This document shows positions 51,155-63,001 of a stretch of 64,000 nt of DNA, piece after piece. The notes beneath the pieces were generated by a model. It worked only from the letters and a program-made list of their open reading frames with translations, did not search any database and was not told where the DNA came from. Source of the stretch: Octopus vulgaris (lineage: Eukaryota). Made by a program: the position numbers and the translations under genes. Position 1 is the first letter of the stretch, and each line of letters starts with the position of its first letter. The stretch is taken from positions 434,001 through 498,000 of the forward strand of contig OX597818.1 in assembly GCA_951406725.2 (NCBI GenBank), given 5' to 3'.

Positions 51155-53019
51155 CAAGATCTTGCCAGTCATGTGCGAACTTGACAGTTCGCCATCTATA
51201 GCAGAGCTCACCAAGGCTGTTGACTCCCTAGCAAGAAATAAGGCTCCGGGAAAAGACAGCATCCCCTCAGAGATCATCAAAGCCGGCAAAAACACCATCC
51301 TGCTTCGGCACCTTCATGAGCTTCTGTGTCAGTGCTGGGAAGAGGGTACAGTCCTTCAGGATATGCGGGATGCCAACATCATTACGCTTTACAAAAACAA
51401 AGGTGACCGTGGTGATTGTAACAATTACCGTGGTATATCCCTTCTAAGCACTGTTGGAAAGACCTTTGCCCGCGTTATCCTGGTCAGGCTACAACTACTT
51501 GCTTCTTGAATCTATCCGGAATCGCAGTGTGGCTTTAGAAGAAGCAGATCAACTATCGATATGATATTCTCCATATGCCAACTTCAGGAGAAGTCCAGAG
51601 AGCAGAAAATGCCATTATATATGGCCTTCATTGATCTAACAAAGGCTTTTGACTTGGTAAGCAGAACAGGCCTCTTCCTCCTGCTCCAAAAATCGGATGT
51701 CCACCAAAGCTGCTGAGGATCATCAAGTCTTTCCATGATGACATGCAAGGCACCATACAGCACAACGGTTCAACATCAGCCACCTTCCAAATAAAAAACG
51801 GGGTAAAGCAAGGCTGTGTCCTCGCTCCTACATTGTTTGGCATCTTCTTCTCACTCTTACTTTCACATGCCTTTCAGACATCAGATGATGGAGTGTTTCT
51901 GCACAGTAGAAGTGACGGGAAACTGTTCAATCTCTCGCGCCTGCGTGCCAAGACCAAAATCAGAAACGTCCTGATCAAGGAGATGTTATTTGCTGATGAT
52001 GCCGCTCTGGTAACACACACAGAAGAAGCCCTCCAAAGGCTCATTAACTGTTTTGAGCAAGCATGTAACGACTTTGGCTTAGCTATCAGCCTTAAGAAGA
52101 CCAACATCATGGGCCAGGCTACATCGGACATCCCAAACATACATATTGGAGACCACAGATTACAAGAGGTGGAGAAGTTTACCTATCTGGGCTCTACCGT
52201 CACCTACAACCTATCCCTTGACGCTGAGCTCAATATACGCATTGGCAAGGCAGCTGCTGCGATGGCCCAACTCTCCAAACGGGCTTGGGACAACAATAAG
52301 CTGACCAAGACCACGAAAATGAAGATCTACCAGGCATGTGTACTCAGCACTCTACTGTATGGAAGCGAGACCTGGACGCTATACACACGCCAAGAGCGTC
52401 GCCTAAACATCTTTCACCTGTGCTGCCTCCGAAAAATCCTCCGCATCAAATGGCAGAATCATATCCCCAACAAAGATGTCCTCAGGCAAGCAAGAATACC
52501 AAGTATGTTTGCACTCCTCACACAAAGACGTATGAGATGGCTTGGGCATGTTAGCCGTATGAAAGATGGCAGAATCCCCAAGGACATACTCTACGGAGAG
52601 CTTGCTAGGGGTACTAGGTCTGTGGGTAGACCGATCTTATGTTACAGGGATGTTTGCAAAAGGGATATGAAGGCCTGCAACATCAATATTAGCGGTTGGG
52701 AGGCAGTCGCCGGCAACCGTGGAGAATGGCGACGTACAGTAAAAGAGGGAATACAAAAGAGTGACAGAGAGAGAGAGGAGAAATGGAAAGAAAGGAAGAG
52801 ACGTAAACAAGAGACTATGGCACTACAACCAGCCAGGAACAGTCTTTGCTACATTTGCGGTACCTGCCAGAGGGAGTGTTTGTCCAGGATAGGACTACAC
52901 AGCCACAGCAGGAAATGTATCAGGACATGAAATATAAAAGCCGGACTAGACTACAAAAAAAAAAAATAAAAAAGATGCGCAACTCCATTGTCTCCCAAGA
53001 CAGAAAGGATGCCAATACA
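51155..53019 (+). mobile_element. 5'-truncated RTE-BovB-like LINE, little decayed, inserted into a SINE
   Basis: TSD AGTGATGG (51147-51154, 53020-53027). KAPGKDSIP, NYRGISLLS, GVKQGCVLAPTLF, SDGKLFNLSRLRAKTK, LFADDAAL, WLGHVSRM and C-terminal CGTCQRECLSRIGLHSH. Confidence 0.93.
51161..52930 (+). pseudogene. RTE reverse transcriptase ORF (stop at 51507-51509, frameshift near 51690, then 395 aa open)
   Basis: ORF track 51081-51509 and 51743-52930. Confidence 0.88.
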
Positions 53020-53027
53020 AGTGATGG

Positions 53028-53312
53028 ACTCTCCCATCAAAGACAACGTATGAGTGTTAAGCCTCTTGTCAAACAACTTGCACAAATGGTTTGTTTATAG
53101 TAATCAAATGTATGTGTTGTACATTAGCTCACTACCTCCATTAAATCAGCATTGTCTGAACAAGTGCAGTGTACCACACATCAGGTGTTGAAGTGATCGC
53201 AGAGCAACGTGAGATTAAGTGTTTTGCTCAAGAACACAACACACCACCCAGTCCAGGAATTGAAACCATGATCTTGCAATTGTGAGTGCAACACGCTTAA
53301 CCACTAGGCCAA
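53028..53312 (-). mobile_element. 5' part of a CORE-like tRNA SINE split by the RTE insertion (remainder ~51075-51154)
   Basis: rc GGCCTAGTGGTTAAGCGTGTTG...GGTTTCAATTCCTGG...GTGTTCTTGAGCAAAACACTT. Confidence 0.7.
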
Positions 53313-53777
53313 CTGTCATAAAAAAAAAAGTAAGGATATACACAATGGTGTTTCTACATAGTTACTTGAGCAACAAGAAATAGCAATCAAATTGCCCTCA
53401 AATCAAACCTACTGTTTTAAGAAAACAAAAGGCAACCAATATCACACTCAATGTCTGAATAGTAGAACTGATTATATTAATGGAGATTATGACTGATTAT
53501 ATTAGTAGAGATCATGATTATGCTAGATATTATACCTTAAGAGGCATATTTCTAAGGGGCTATGATGCTATTGACATTGCTCAATGATTCAATTAATACC
53601 AGATCATTTCAAATCACATGCAAGAGTTAAGACATATCATTGGACCTTTCAGTTTCTATAGTAACAGAGACAATGACGTGTACATTTCAACTGGTATGAT
53701 AACAAAGATTGTGTTGTAACTTATACTGGATCATAACATTAGTCACAACAGCTGAGATATTGTGATAATGCCAACAT

Positions 53778-54132
53778 TATCATCATCATCATCATTTAAA
53801 GTCCATTGTCCATGCTGGCATGGGTTGAACAGTTTGACTGGGCTGGCAGACTGGAAGGCTGCACCAAACTCCAGTCTGATTTTGCATGGTTTTCTATGGC
53901 TAGATGCCCTTCCTAACACCAACCACTCCGAGAATGTAATAGATGCCTTTATGTGCCACCGGCATGGGTGCCATTGGTGTGACACTGGGGTGCATTTACA
54001 TGCCACTGGAACAGGTGTCAATTTGCGTGACACCGGTATCTGCCATGACTGCGATTTTGCTCAGCTTGATGGGTCTTCTCAAGCATGACATAATGCCAAA
54101 GGTCTTGGTCACTGCCTCTGTGAGGCCCAACA
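53778..54132 (-). mobile_element. RTE 3'UTR fragment with (GAT)n tail
   Basis: CATCATCATTTAAAGTCC...GATGCCCTTCCTAACACCAACCACTCCGAG. Confidence 0.8.
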
Positions 54133-54137
54133 TTAAC

Positions 54138-54510
54138 TTTTATTTGTTTCAGTCACACTGGAGCACTACCTTGAAGAATTTAGTAAAACTGATCAATCAC
54201 AGTACTTATGTATTTGTAAAGCCTGCTACTTAGTCTATTGCTCTCTTTTGCCAAACTGTAAGAGGGATGTAAACAAACCAACACCAGTTGTCAAGCAGTG
54301 GTGGCAGGCAAAGGCAAAGCCAAACATGCATGTGTCCATGTGCGCACGCACACACACGCATGCATGTGTGCACTACTTTCAGTTTCTGACTACCAAATCC
54401 ATTCACAAGGCTTTGGTTGGCATCAGCTGTAGTAGAAGACAAGGTACTACACAGTGGGGCTGAACCTGAAACCATGTAGTTAGGAACAAAATTCTTACCA
54501 AGCAGCCATG
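54138..54510 (-). mobile_element. tRNA-derived SINE (11545 family)
   Basis: TTTGTTTCAGTCA ... CAGTGGGGCTGAACCTGAAACCATG. Confidence 0.7.
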
Positions 54511-57261
54511 TCTCTATCATTAATAAGAGACATAGTAGCAGAAGTTATGACACAACTTTTATTGAATCATTGCAACTGTCATAACATTTTTTTATGACAG
54601 AACTGACTGTACATCACAATAATAGTCACAGAAGTAACCAATATTTCTCTACACAGCTATGACCTAACAACAGAAAATACGAATTTGATTTAATAATTAG
54701 TAATGAATCATAAATATGAATTAACATACATAAGATTAAGAAATTAATAATTTATTCTCTGAACCACAGATTCCCCACACATTACCTGAAATAAAATCTT
54801 GTAGTAAACCACCTATCACCCTATTTTTATATAGCTATTCTGTGACAGAAACACTTGAAGGGTTTCTGAAAAACCTGTGAGAAGATTTGAGCTGAGCATG
54901 ACAAAATAGTAAGACATGCCTATCTATGATACAGAATGTGTGCTACTCTCTACAGGGAGTAGGGGAATGACTGTATTTGTGTGGTGAATTGTTCCATATC
55001 ATACCTCATACCTAGTAACTTTTTCCAACACTGATAAACAAGATATGAAGCATTCTTAAACAACTTCCAATGAAATAAATACCACTTATATTGTTGGGCT
55101 TGATTTGATTTACTAAATAACCTTTCCTACATAATTTGGCTTGGTTCCTCAAACAGAATAATCTATAAGTGTGTAGATATGTGTTTGAGTGAATATTTGT
55201 GTATATATGTGCAAACATCTAATGTGTATGATTATGTATGTGTATGTGTTTATGCCTAAGTATATAATGCTTTTACTTATTTTAGTAATTCCCATACTGT
55301 AATTTTATAAATTCACATTCCAAATGCTTCATTATCACATTAAGGGTAGAGCATAGCAGAAATGGTAGCATGTCACACCAAAACATTTTACAGTACCTAC
55401 TCCCCACAAATTTCTGGCCTTGTGCCTAAATTAGAAAGAATTAGTATTATTATTATATGCATCTGATGAGTAAAGACATGTAACTTGTTGCTTCATAAAA
55501 ATTTGTTTCTTTTAAAAATTATAAGATGGAAAAACCAGTTCTTTTTTCAGATATTTCCTTCAAAAACCCTTCTGGACTGTTTCTAGATGTCACTCTTATA
55601 CTCAAACAGAACTAAAGTTGGTCATTTTAAGATATTTTAAACAAATTTATTGACATTAAAACTAAAATGATGACAAGAAATGTAGACAACACCCTATTTA
55701 AAGAAGACAAAGACACAACTGAACCAAAATAGGAACAAAAGAGAAAATAAACCAAGATATTTTGCAGCAGAAAACACATTCTTTGATGGAGATAATGATA
55801 TTTCTTTAGACGTGTTTACATGTCTCTCTCCTTAATAACAGACATAGCAGCAATACTTCTGGCATTTACAACAACACTCACACAAGTGAAAATGTTAGTG
55901 GCAGAAGTTTTGCCAACATTACCGCTACATGGAGGCAATTTTTAGACGTGAGTAGAATCCAGTTGGAGAAGGTAGTTTGGCAGTGGTAGGTATATTACAA
56001 AAGAGTGTCTCCCTACTTGAGGAATTTTTCAGCATAATACCTGGATGAGAGTTAAAGGTATTAGCGATAACACTGACCCTCTGACTTGTCACCTTTGTAG
56101 CACAATATGGGCCAGTTGTGAGTGTAGAAGTGACATAAAATGTAATCATGAGGGGTCAAGTATAGACTTTTAAATTTTAATGACCACCTCTGAAAACTAC
56201 AGAACTATTCCAGAGCTGTAGCTCTTTGTGATAAAAAAAGGGGCAATGATATTGGCCATGCAGAACAAAAAGCTATTGCACTTGTGGCAGTCAAAGACAT
56301 ATGAAGGGTTTTTGTCATGAGAAAAGAAAGGTAGAGAAAAATAGAATGTGGTAGACAAAAGGGGGATTAACAACAACAGCAGCAGCAGCAAGAATTGGAG
56401 GCTGCTGTTCCAACAACAGCATGTCAGAGCCAAAGAAATGGAGGTAGAGATTGTCTTGTTCTTGAACCTGGAAGTAGATGAAGCAGAAGGCCCATCACCC
56501 AGTGGTACCATCCCAGCCTATTTTCTTACAAGAATATGGAGATTAGTAACAGATGGATAAGAAGGGTAGGAAAAGAAAAAGAGAGAAAAGAAGGACGAGT
56601 GAAGATAGAAGACATGTAGGATACTGGAAAAGAAACCTGACCCACTGTAACTCAATAGGAAAACCATGGACTGTGTATTTTGATGTTTGACTTGTACATG
56701 TTGATGGGGTGTAAGTTGGATGATAGTACCTGAAATGCCTTCAAGACAGAATGATTTTTGATAGCAACTACACTGATGGTCAACACACAGTCATAGGTCT
56801 ATTCCTGCCAAATGTCAGGTTCTTCAATAAGTAGTCAGCCAAAAAACTGATTACAGGTGTCCATATTCCAGAATATAATGAATGTCAGGAGAAAATGTGT
56901 TGTGCTGTGACCAGACTTAGCTTCTGAGACATGTTTCCAATACAGTGAATGGCAAGTGGACAGTAGCATGAGCTAGAGCCAGCCTAGCTTCTAGCACATT
57001 GTACTGTATGTGCACATGTGTGAACATATTAAAAATGATTAGGCAAAAACACAATAATTAAAATATAAAAGTATAATTTTAAAGAACAGGAAAAACCAAG
57101 TAACCCAGCCATGTAGAGATGAAAACTCTAGTTAAGTCAGGTCAAAGTGAGCCGTGTTACTGTCCACTTTACTTCTTCCCTTGTTTTTATCACGGTTTGC
57201 TTTGTTCATCTCTACAAGCTTTGTTTCTTTTATTATTATTATTATTAATGACTGTTACTGT

Positions 57262-57860
57262 GCTGGGCAAAATGTTTAGTGGCATTTCATCCATCTTTAC
57301 GTTCAGAGTTCAAATTTCACCAACTTTATCTTTCATCCTTCGGGGGTCAATAAAAGAAGTACCATTTAAACACTGGTGTCAATGTCATCAACTTAACCCT
57401 TCCTCAAAAATTGCTGGCCTTATGCCAAAATTTGAACCTATTAATACTATTATTGTTGATTTTATTTGTTATTATTATTATTATTATTATTTATTTTGTC
57501 TGTCTTCATGTTCTGAGTCAAATGCCACCGAGGTTGACTTTGCCGTTTATCCTTTCTGGGTTGATAAATTAAGTACCAGAGAAACACTGGGATTGATGTA
57601 ATTGACTAGCCCTCTCCCCCCAAATAGCTGCCTTGTGGCAAAATTTGAACTCATTATTACTATTAAGGCAGCAAGCTGGGTGAAATGTTTAGTAGCATTT
57701 TGTCTGTCTTCACATCCTCATTTAAAATTCTGCTAAGGTTGACTTTGCCTTTCATCCTTTCAGGGTCAATAAAATAAGTACCAGTTAAGTATTGGGGTCA
57801 CTGAAATTGACTTTCCCTTTCCCAAAAATTTTAGACCTTGTGCCTATAGTAAAAAGGATT
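57262..57860 (+). mobile_element. Tandem cluster of three SINE copies (18211 family) separated by (ATT)n
   Basis: Repeated TTTCATCCTT..GGGTCAATAAA.TAAGTACCA and GGCCTT(G/A)TGCC blocks with ATT tails. Confidence 0.75.
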
Positions 57861-59217
57861 ATTATTATTATTATTATTATTATTAATTAATTAATTAACT
57901 GTTAATATTTTTAATGTAAAGTTAAATTAATAATTGTATGAAGTGATTTGATATGATATGAGATAAATAGAAACAGGCTTTGATCATAGATCAGTTCAAT
58001 AAGGGCCATTTTGAGAACCAAGTTCAAACTGGATTAGTACAATGTCTATCCAAATATATCAACAACCAGAAAATGAAGAGGAAACCTTATGACTGAGTAG
58101 ACACAACTTTTCTTTTTGATATTCCAGACAATTCCAAATTCACTAAATGTCATCTATCCATATATAATGCACCTCATTAACACACACAGATGAAAGAAAG
58201 ATCACAAAAAAGGCAGGTGTAAATTCCAGTGTCAGAAACATTATTTGTCTGAAACACATGGTTGCATTCTTTCCCAAGAATGGTTATTCACAAGAGAATT
58301 TCACAAAAATTTATTGAGAAACTAAGTAGACAATAAACAATGTAAAAAAAAATATTCAACTAAAATTCTAGAAAAATAAATTTAAGAAAGAAATTTAATA
58401 TTGTGTTTAAACAGATGGAATAAGGCAGGTGTTTATAACTAAAGGTGGTAGGAAGTAAGGTTAATACAAATGAAAAGGAGTAGGGTTTAACTAGTAAAGT
58501 GGGAGGAAGTACAGATATAACTAATGTGAGGAAGGAGGTAGATTGTAACTAGTAATAAAAGATAACTTAATCAGTGGTGGGGGTGGGTTAAAGTTGTGGT
58601 GGAGGAGAGCTTTAACTTGTGGGTGAGATGTTAAATATATGCTGATAGAAGCACTGGGAGAAATAAACCTGTCTGGAACAGAAGTTGATGGCAGAAAGTG
58701 AGCCAAACATGATAATCATCACCAACAGCCACAACAGCAGTAGTAGCAATAACAACAACAGCAACAATAACAACAGTAGCCAACATTACAGTAACATTTA
58801 GTGGGAGGCATGATATTAATCTAGTTTAATAAGAACAACTGTTGTCTTGAATTAATTAACTTGTTAATTATGCAAGATTAAGATTTTGGGGGGTTATTAT
58901 GGTAGGGCGGCAGTTGTTTAGCAGAGGGTAACAAATAGTGCTGGAGTATGTTAGCAACGAGGAAAAGGAGGAGGAAACAGAATAGATGTAGGGGAGGGTG
59001 TAGAGAAACTTGCTGCAATATAAGAATGGAGATACAGGGGGAAGACATAATGATAGTAATGAGTGAAGACAGTTAAAATGATCACATTTGTAAGGTACAT
59101 GGAGTCTCTTCATTCAACAAATGGCAAACAAGGAAACCACTAGAAATGGCAGAAATTACCTCAAACTATATCCTACAGTCTCAAGTACAGTTACATTGGA
59201 GAAAGCAGCTTTTACAT

Positions 59218-59985
59218 ACTTGGGATCTGTTCTTGGTCCCTTTTTGTTTGTTACATTCATTAATGACATAGATGCCAACTTAAAGAATGCCACAGTGCTG
59301 AAATATGCAGATGACATGAAGCTGTACACAGATCCTGAACACTATAGATCTTTTCTGAAATCAGACCTGGATACAATGCAACAATGGATCACAGACTGGC
59401 AACTCAAGCTGGCTGTGGACAAGTGTATCACCATGCATTTTAGGAAGAAAAACCCAGTGTTCACACACTCTGTCCACAACACTAATATCAAGAAGTCTTC
59501 TTGTGAACTTGACCTGGGCATTACTGTCAGCAGTAATTTGCACTGGACAAAGCACATCTCTAAAATTATCAAGTAGGCTGAGGGTGTATTGGCATCACTC
59601 AGCAAGACTTTTGTCAGCTGCTCTCCAGCTATCTTTTTAAGGCTGTATATGACTATGGTGTGGCCACATTTGGAATTTGCATCACCAGTCTCAAACCCCT
59701 ATCTTGCTCTGGACATTGACCTCCTGGAAACTGTTCAGAGATGTGCAACCTAGCGAATACCCTCCATCAGGCATCTACCATACTCCGAACGCCTTGCTTT
59801 CCTAGGCATAGATACATTGAAGCTCTGACATCTGGCAACTGACTTGGTAAACACCCATAAAATTATTAACCTTGAGCCTGTTTTTGAGCTCCATGAGTCT
59901 AACACATGTGGGCATGCCTACAAAGTCAGAAAACAGCACAACTCCCATGACTTTCAGAAACTTTTGTTCACACTCAGACATGCTG
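59218..59985 (+). mobile_element. 5'-truncated CR1-like LINE (RT C-terminal half); its 3' end is inverted at ~60170-60446
   Basis: GSVLGPFLFVTFINDID, KYADDMKL, WITDWQLKLAVDKC, DLGITVSSNLHWTKHI, HLEFASPV. Confidence 0.88.
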
Positions 59986-60169
59986 TGACTCCATAGATAC
60001 AACCCTTCCCACTAAACCAAACAATAAAAATTAAAAGGTCAGTTAACTGCCTAGTGGATCCCTTATAGACAGATTATTGTTGTCGGTTAGCCCTAAGTCA
60101 GCCATGATTGAGCAAACCTATGATCAAAGGCATTCCAGCCATGACCATTTAATCATTTTAACAATAATA

Positions 60170-60446
60170 ATAATGAAATTAATGTGTATAGTGCTCAGGT
60201 GCACTACTTCTCATCAAAGGTGCATGTATAGTATTTAGAATTATGTACATAAGTCAGGAAAGTGAAGAATATATGAGTCATGATATACATGTGTGCATGC
60301 ATATGGAGCTCTGGGGGATATCAGGTGTAGTGTTGGAAAATTTCAGGAAGCATGGAAATTTTAAAGGATGCAATGTTTCGGCAACTAACAACTGGTGCTG
60401 ATAGTTTGTTCCATGCTTCAGCATGTCTGAGTGTGAAAAAAAGTTT
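60170..60446 (-). mobile_element. Inverted 3' end of the CR1-like LINE
   Basis: rc continues TTCACACTCAGACATGCTG-AAGCATGGAACAAACT (EAWNKL-like) to GTGCACCTGAGCAC...TTCATTATTATT tail. Confidence 0.8.
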
Positions 60447-60570
60447 TGGGTCTGGAGAGACTGACACAAGGCTGAAAAAATAACAAAGGCAGGGAGGAAG
60501 TCCCAGAGGGGAGATGTTCTGAGAAAGAAGGATTGGGCGTACTGATTAGTGAGGCCTCTAAGTGGAGAGG
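60447..60570 (-). mobile_element. Short Jockey/CR1-group LINE 3' coding fragment
   Basis: TNQYAQSFFLRTSPLWDFLPAFV resembles the SFFPRT..LWNSLP C-terminal motif. Confidence 0.55.
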
Positions 60571-61418
60571 GAATCAATATGGATAATGGGAGGAAGATGG
60601 AGAGGAACTGCCAAATATTCCTCAAATCTTGCCTTGTGTCTTAAAAATGGAAGGTTACATTGGATAATTTATTCCTAGATACACTATGTGAAAGACGGGA
60701 CAGTCATAACGAGTATATCTTTGAACAAGGTTTTTTTGCTCAATCAGAACTGACCTGGAGCTAAACAATATCAAGGTAAAACACACTTTTTACAGATGAC
60801 ACTGTATGATAATGACACCTGTACTAATTTGAATAGGAGAAGTAATGGCCATAATTGCTTTTAAGATATAGGCTGAAGGACAGTGTAACTGAGAGGGGTT
60901 AGTATGGATGTTATTAGTGACTAGAGAGAAAACAAGTAGAGTGGTTCAGAGTGATGTAAAGAGAGGATGAGATATAGTTGTCGCTGATGTTGCTGTTGTT
61001 GTCTACAACAAAAACAGTCCTGATCAATATCTACAGTCACTGATATATCTGTCATCAAGCTGTATAGTTACTGATATATCTCTAATTTATCTCTATGGTT
61101 ACTGATCTATAGACATTGAGGTTTCTATAGTCTCCTGAAATCACTTATGTTTCTCTGATCTCTGTAGTCTCTGCTACTTCTGTGTCCTCTCTCACAGAAA
61201 GACAAAATTTCTGATGAAGTTAGCAGAATGATGTAAAATGATGTTACTGGTGTAGGGGATGTGATTGATGTGAAAGGTAATGATAGATCAGTTTGTAAAT
61301 ACCAAATATTTCCGTATGAAACAGCTAAAATGAGTTCAATGATAGGAATCAAACTAAAAACATTGGTTTACACTCCAGTTAATGAGAACTCTGACAAAAT
61401 ATATTAAATTAAATTAAC

Positions 61419-61601
61419 CTTGAGCCAGCCTTGTTGGTTTGGTAATAATGACACCATCCAGGGCACACATTTTTGCAATAGGGTATAATGTGATGATATT
61501 GTTTTTGTTTTCAATGAAGCAATGTTCACTTTCAACTCCAGTCCCCTGTATGACAATATCTTGAAGAGTGGTAGCATCACTGGTTCCAATTTTGGTGATA
61601 C
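61419..61601 (-). CDS. PHLDB1: Internal coding exon of a PHLDB/LL5-like gene (FHA domain core): (G)ITKIGTSDATTLQDIVIQGTGVESEHCFIENKNNIITLYPIAKMCALDGVIITKPTRLAQ(G)
   Basis: Acceptor tttctttag, donor CAAG|gttaat, 183 nt, phase 1-1. Resembles PHLDB1 ISLQGPGLAPEHCYIENLRGTLTLYPCGNACTIDG..PTRLTQG. A kinesin-3 FHA is a weaker alternative. Confidence 0.9.
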
Positions 61602-61751
61602 CTAAAGAAATACACAACAGAAATTCCAATTAATTCCAGACACAGAGAAAAATATTCATTTCATTATTTTATGTTATTTAGATTGGGTTTTGCAATTTTA
61701 TAAACAACTGACACAAGAAAGAGTCACAAGATCAGGTCACCGACAGAGATT

Positions 61752-61973
61752 TTACCCTTTAGCATTCAGATTAGTCTGTCAAATGCAATGCTTAATTACT
61801 CACATTGTTCGGACTTATTCACACAATATTTTGTAGCTTCAAGATTTTGTGACTGTTTAACTTTAGACTGACTTTGTAAGATAGGGTGTGAGAGGCTAGA
61901 TCTGGCCAGTTTGAACATAAAACAGGTAGAATATTCTGGCCAGGTATGGCTTGTTTAACTGCCAGAAGGTTAA
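61752..61973. mobile_element. TTAA-type MITE (CCCTTTAGCATT... family); partial copy at ~22885-22951
   Basis: TTTACCCTTTAGCATT ... GCCAGAAGGTTAA termini; shared GGTGTGAGA(G/A)G..AGATCTGGCCAGTTT. Confidence 0.6.
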
Positions 61974-63001
61974 GGGAGACATCAGTTCATTTCACGCAAC
62001 AGTGTAAAGAAACAATGATTAAGTCAATTAATAATGAGATTAATGAAGGTTATGATGATGATGAGGAAGAATCCTTTTTAATTGTGCAAATTTAATCCAT
62101 TCGTAAACTGTTCCTTAACACATGGCCAAATCCTTCTCCACTCACTAGTTTTGGATGCATTTTAATTGAATAAACATGTACAGATCCTTGGCTGTCTGTA
62201 GTAGCCTTCACTGTGTTGCAAACGTTTCCTCTCCTCTTAAGTCTTGTTACTACAGATGGTCATCAGCTGATATACAAAAATAACGTCAGTCTGATCAATG
62301 TAACAAGTGTGAAAGACACTGACCAAGTAACCTTTAGCTACATCAATCTCACTTGTGTACAAGGGCCATTGCAGGATGTACTGACCCTCTTCACTGCATT
62401 AATTTGTAATAAAAAAAGTTTAAAAAATTTTTTGGGGAATTGTATTACTAGAATTTCTTACGTGAAAAAAATAAGGTAAAACTTATAGTTTAGATTCTAA
62501 AGATAAAACCTAGGTGAAAAATATTATTAGTATTTTGAAAAATTAATTTATATGAAAAAATAAAACAAAACAAACAATCTAATTTTCATATCACGATATT
62601 ACCACACGATATATCACGATATTGCCACACTATAGCATCATCTTTAACAATTTATAGAGACGTTGATAATATTTTTGAAAGAAAGTTTAAGTTTACTCCA
62701 ATATAAGTAAAAGAGTAAAGAGTATAAACAATAAAAGCCTTACTTTGTTGTAGCCTTCAAATAACACAACTTGAAAGTTTATGAAAATATTTTGAGTAAG
62801 ATTTATTTAGCAACTTAATTTTTTTTTTAATCAGAAGATTAAATCTGAAATTAAAATTTTAAATTAATGCACGCGTTTTTAAAATAAAATGTACCGAAAA
62901 CCAGATTCTCGATTTTAAAAAAAAGTGGGCGACTAGGCACATGGGAGATAATTCAATAATTTTTCATTGAGTAAAACATAGTTACTCCCCTTCTAACATA
63001 A

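Larger units (their letters stand above)
19699..61418 (-). other. PHLDB1: ~41.7 kb GT-AG intron of the PHLDB-like gene
   Basis: Phase-1 donor G|gttaat at 61418 and acceptor cag at 19699 rejoin the codon G+GG inside a continuous FHA domain. Confidence 0.82.

Noticed and set aside
61020-61160. Weak ~30 bp repeats (GTTACTGATATATCT)
   Set aside because: Only about three very degenerate units, with no further structure
61419-61601. KIF16B/KIF13 kinesin-3 FHA assignment
   Set aside because: TLYP, PTRL.QG.MLCLG and EAK..KS..RISM fit PHLDB/LL5 better; not fully excluded without a search
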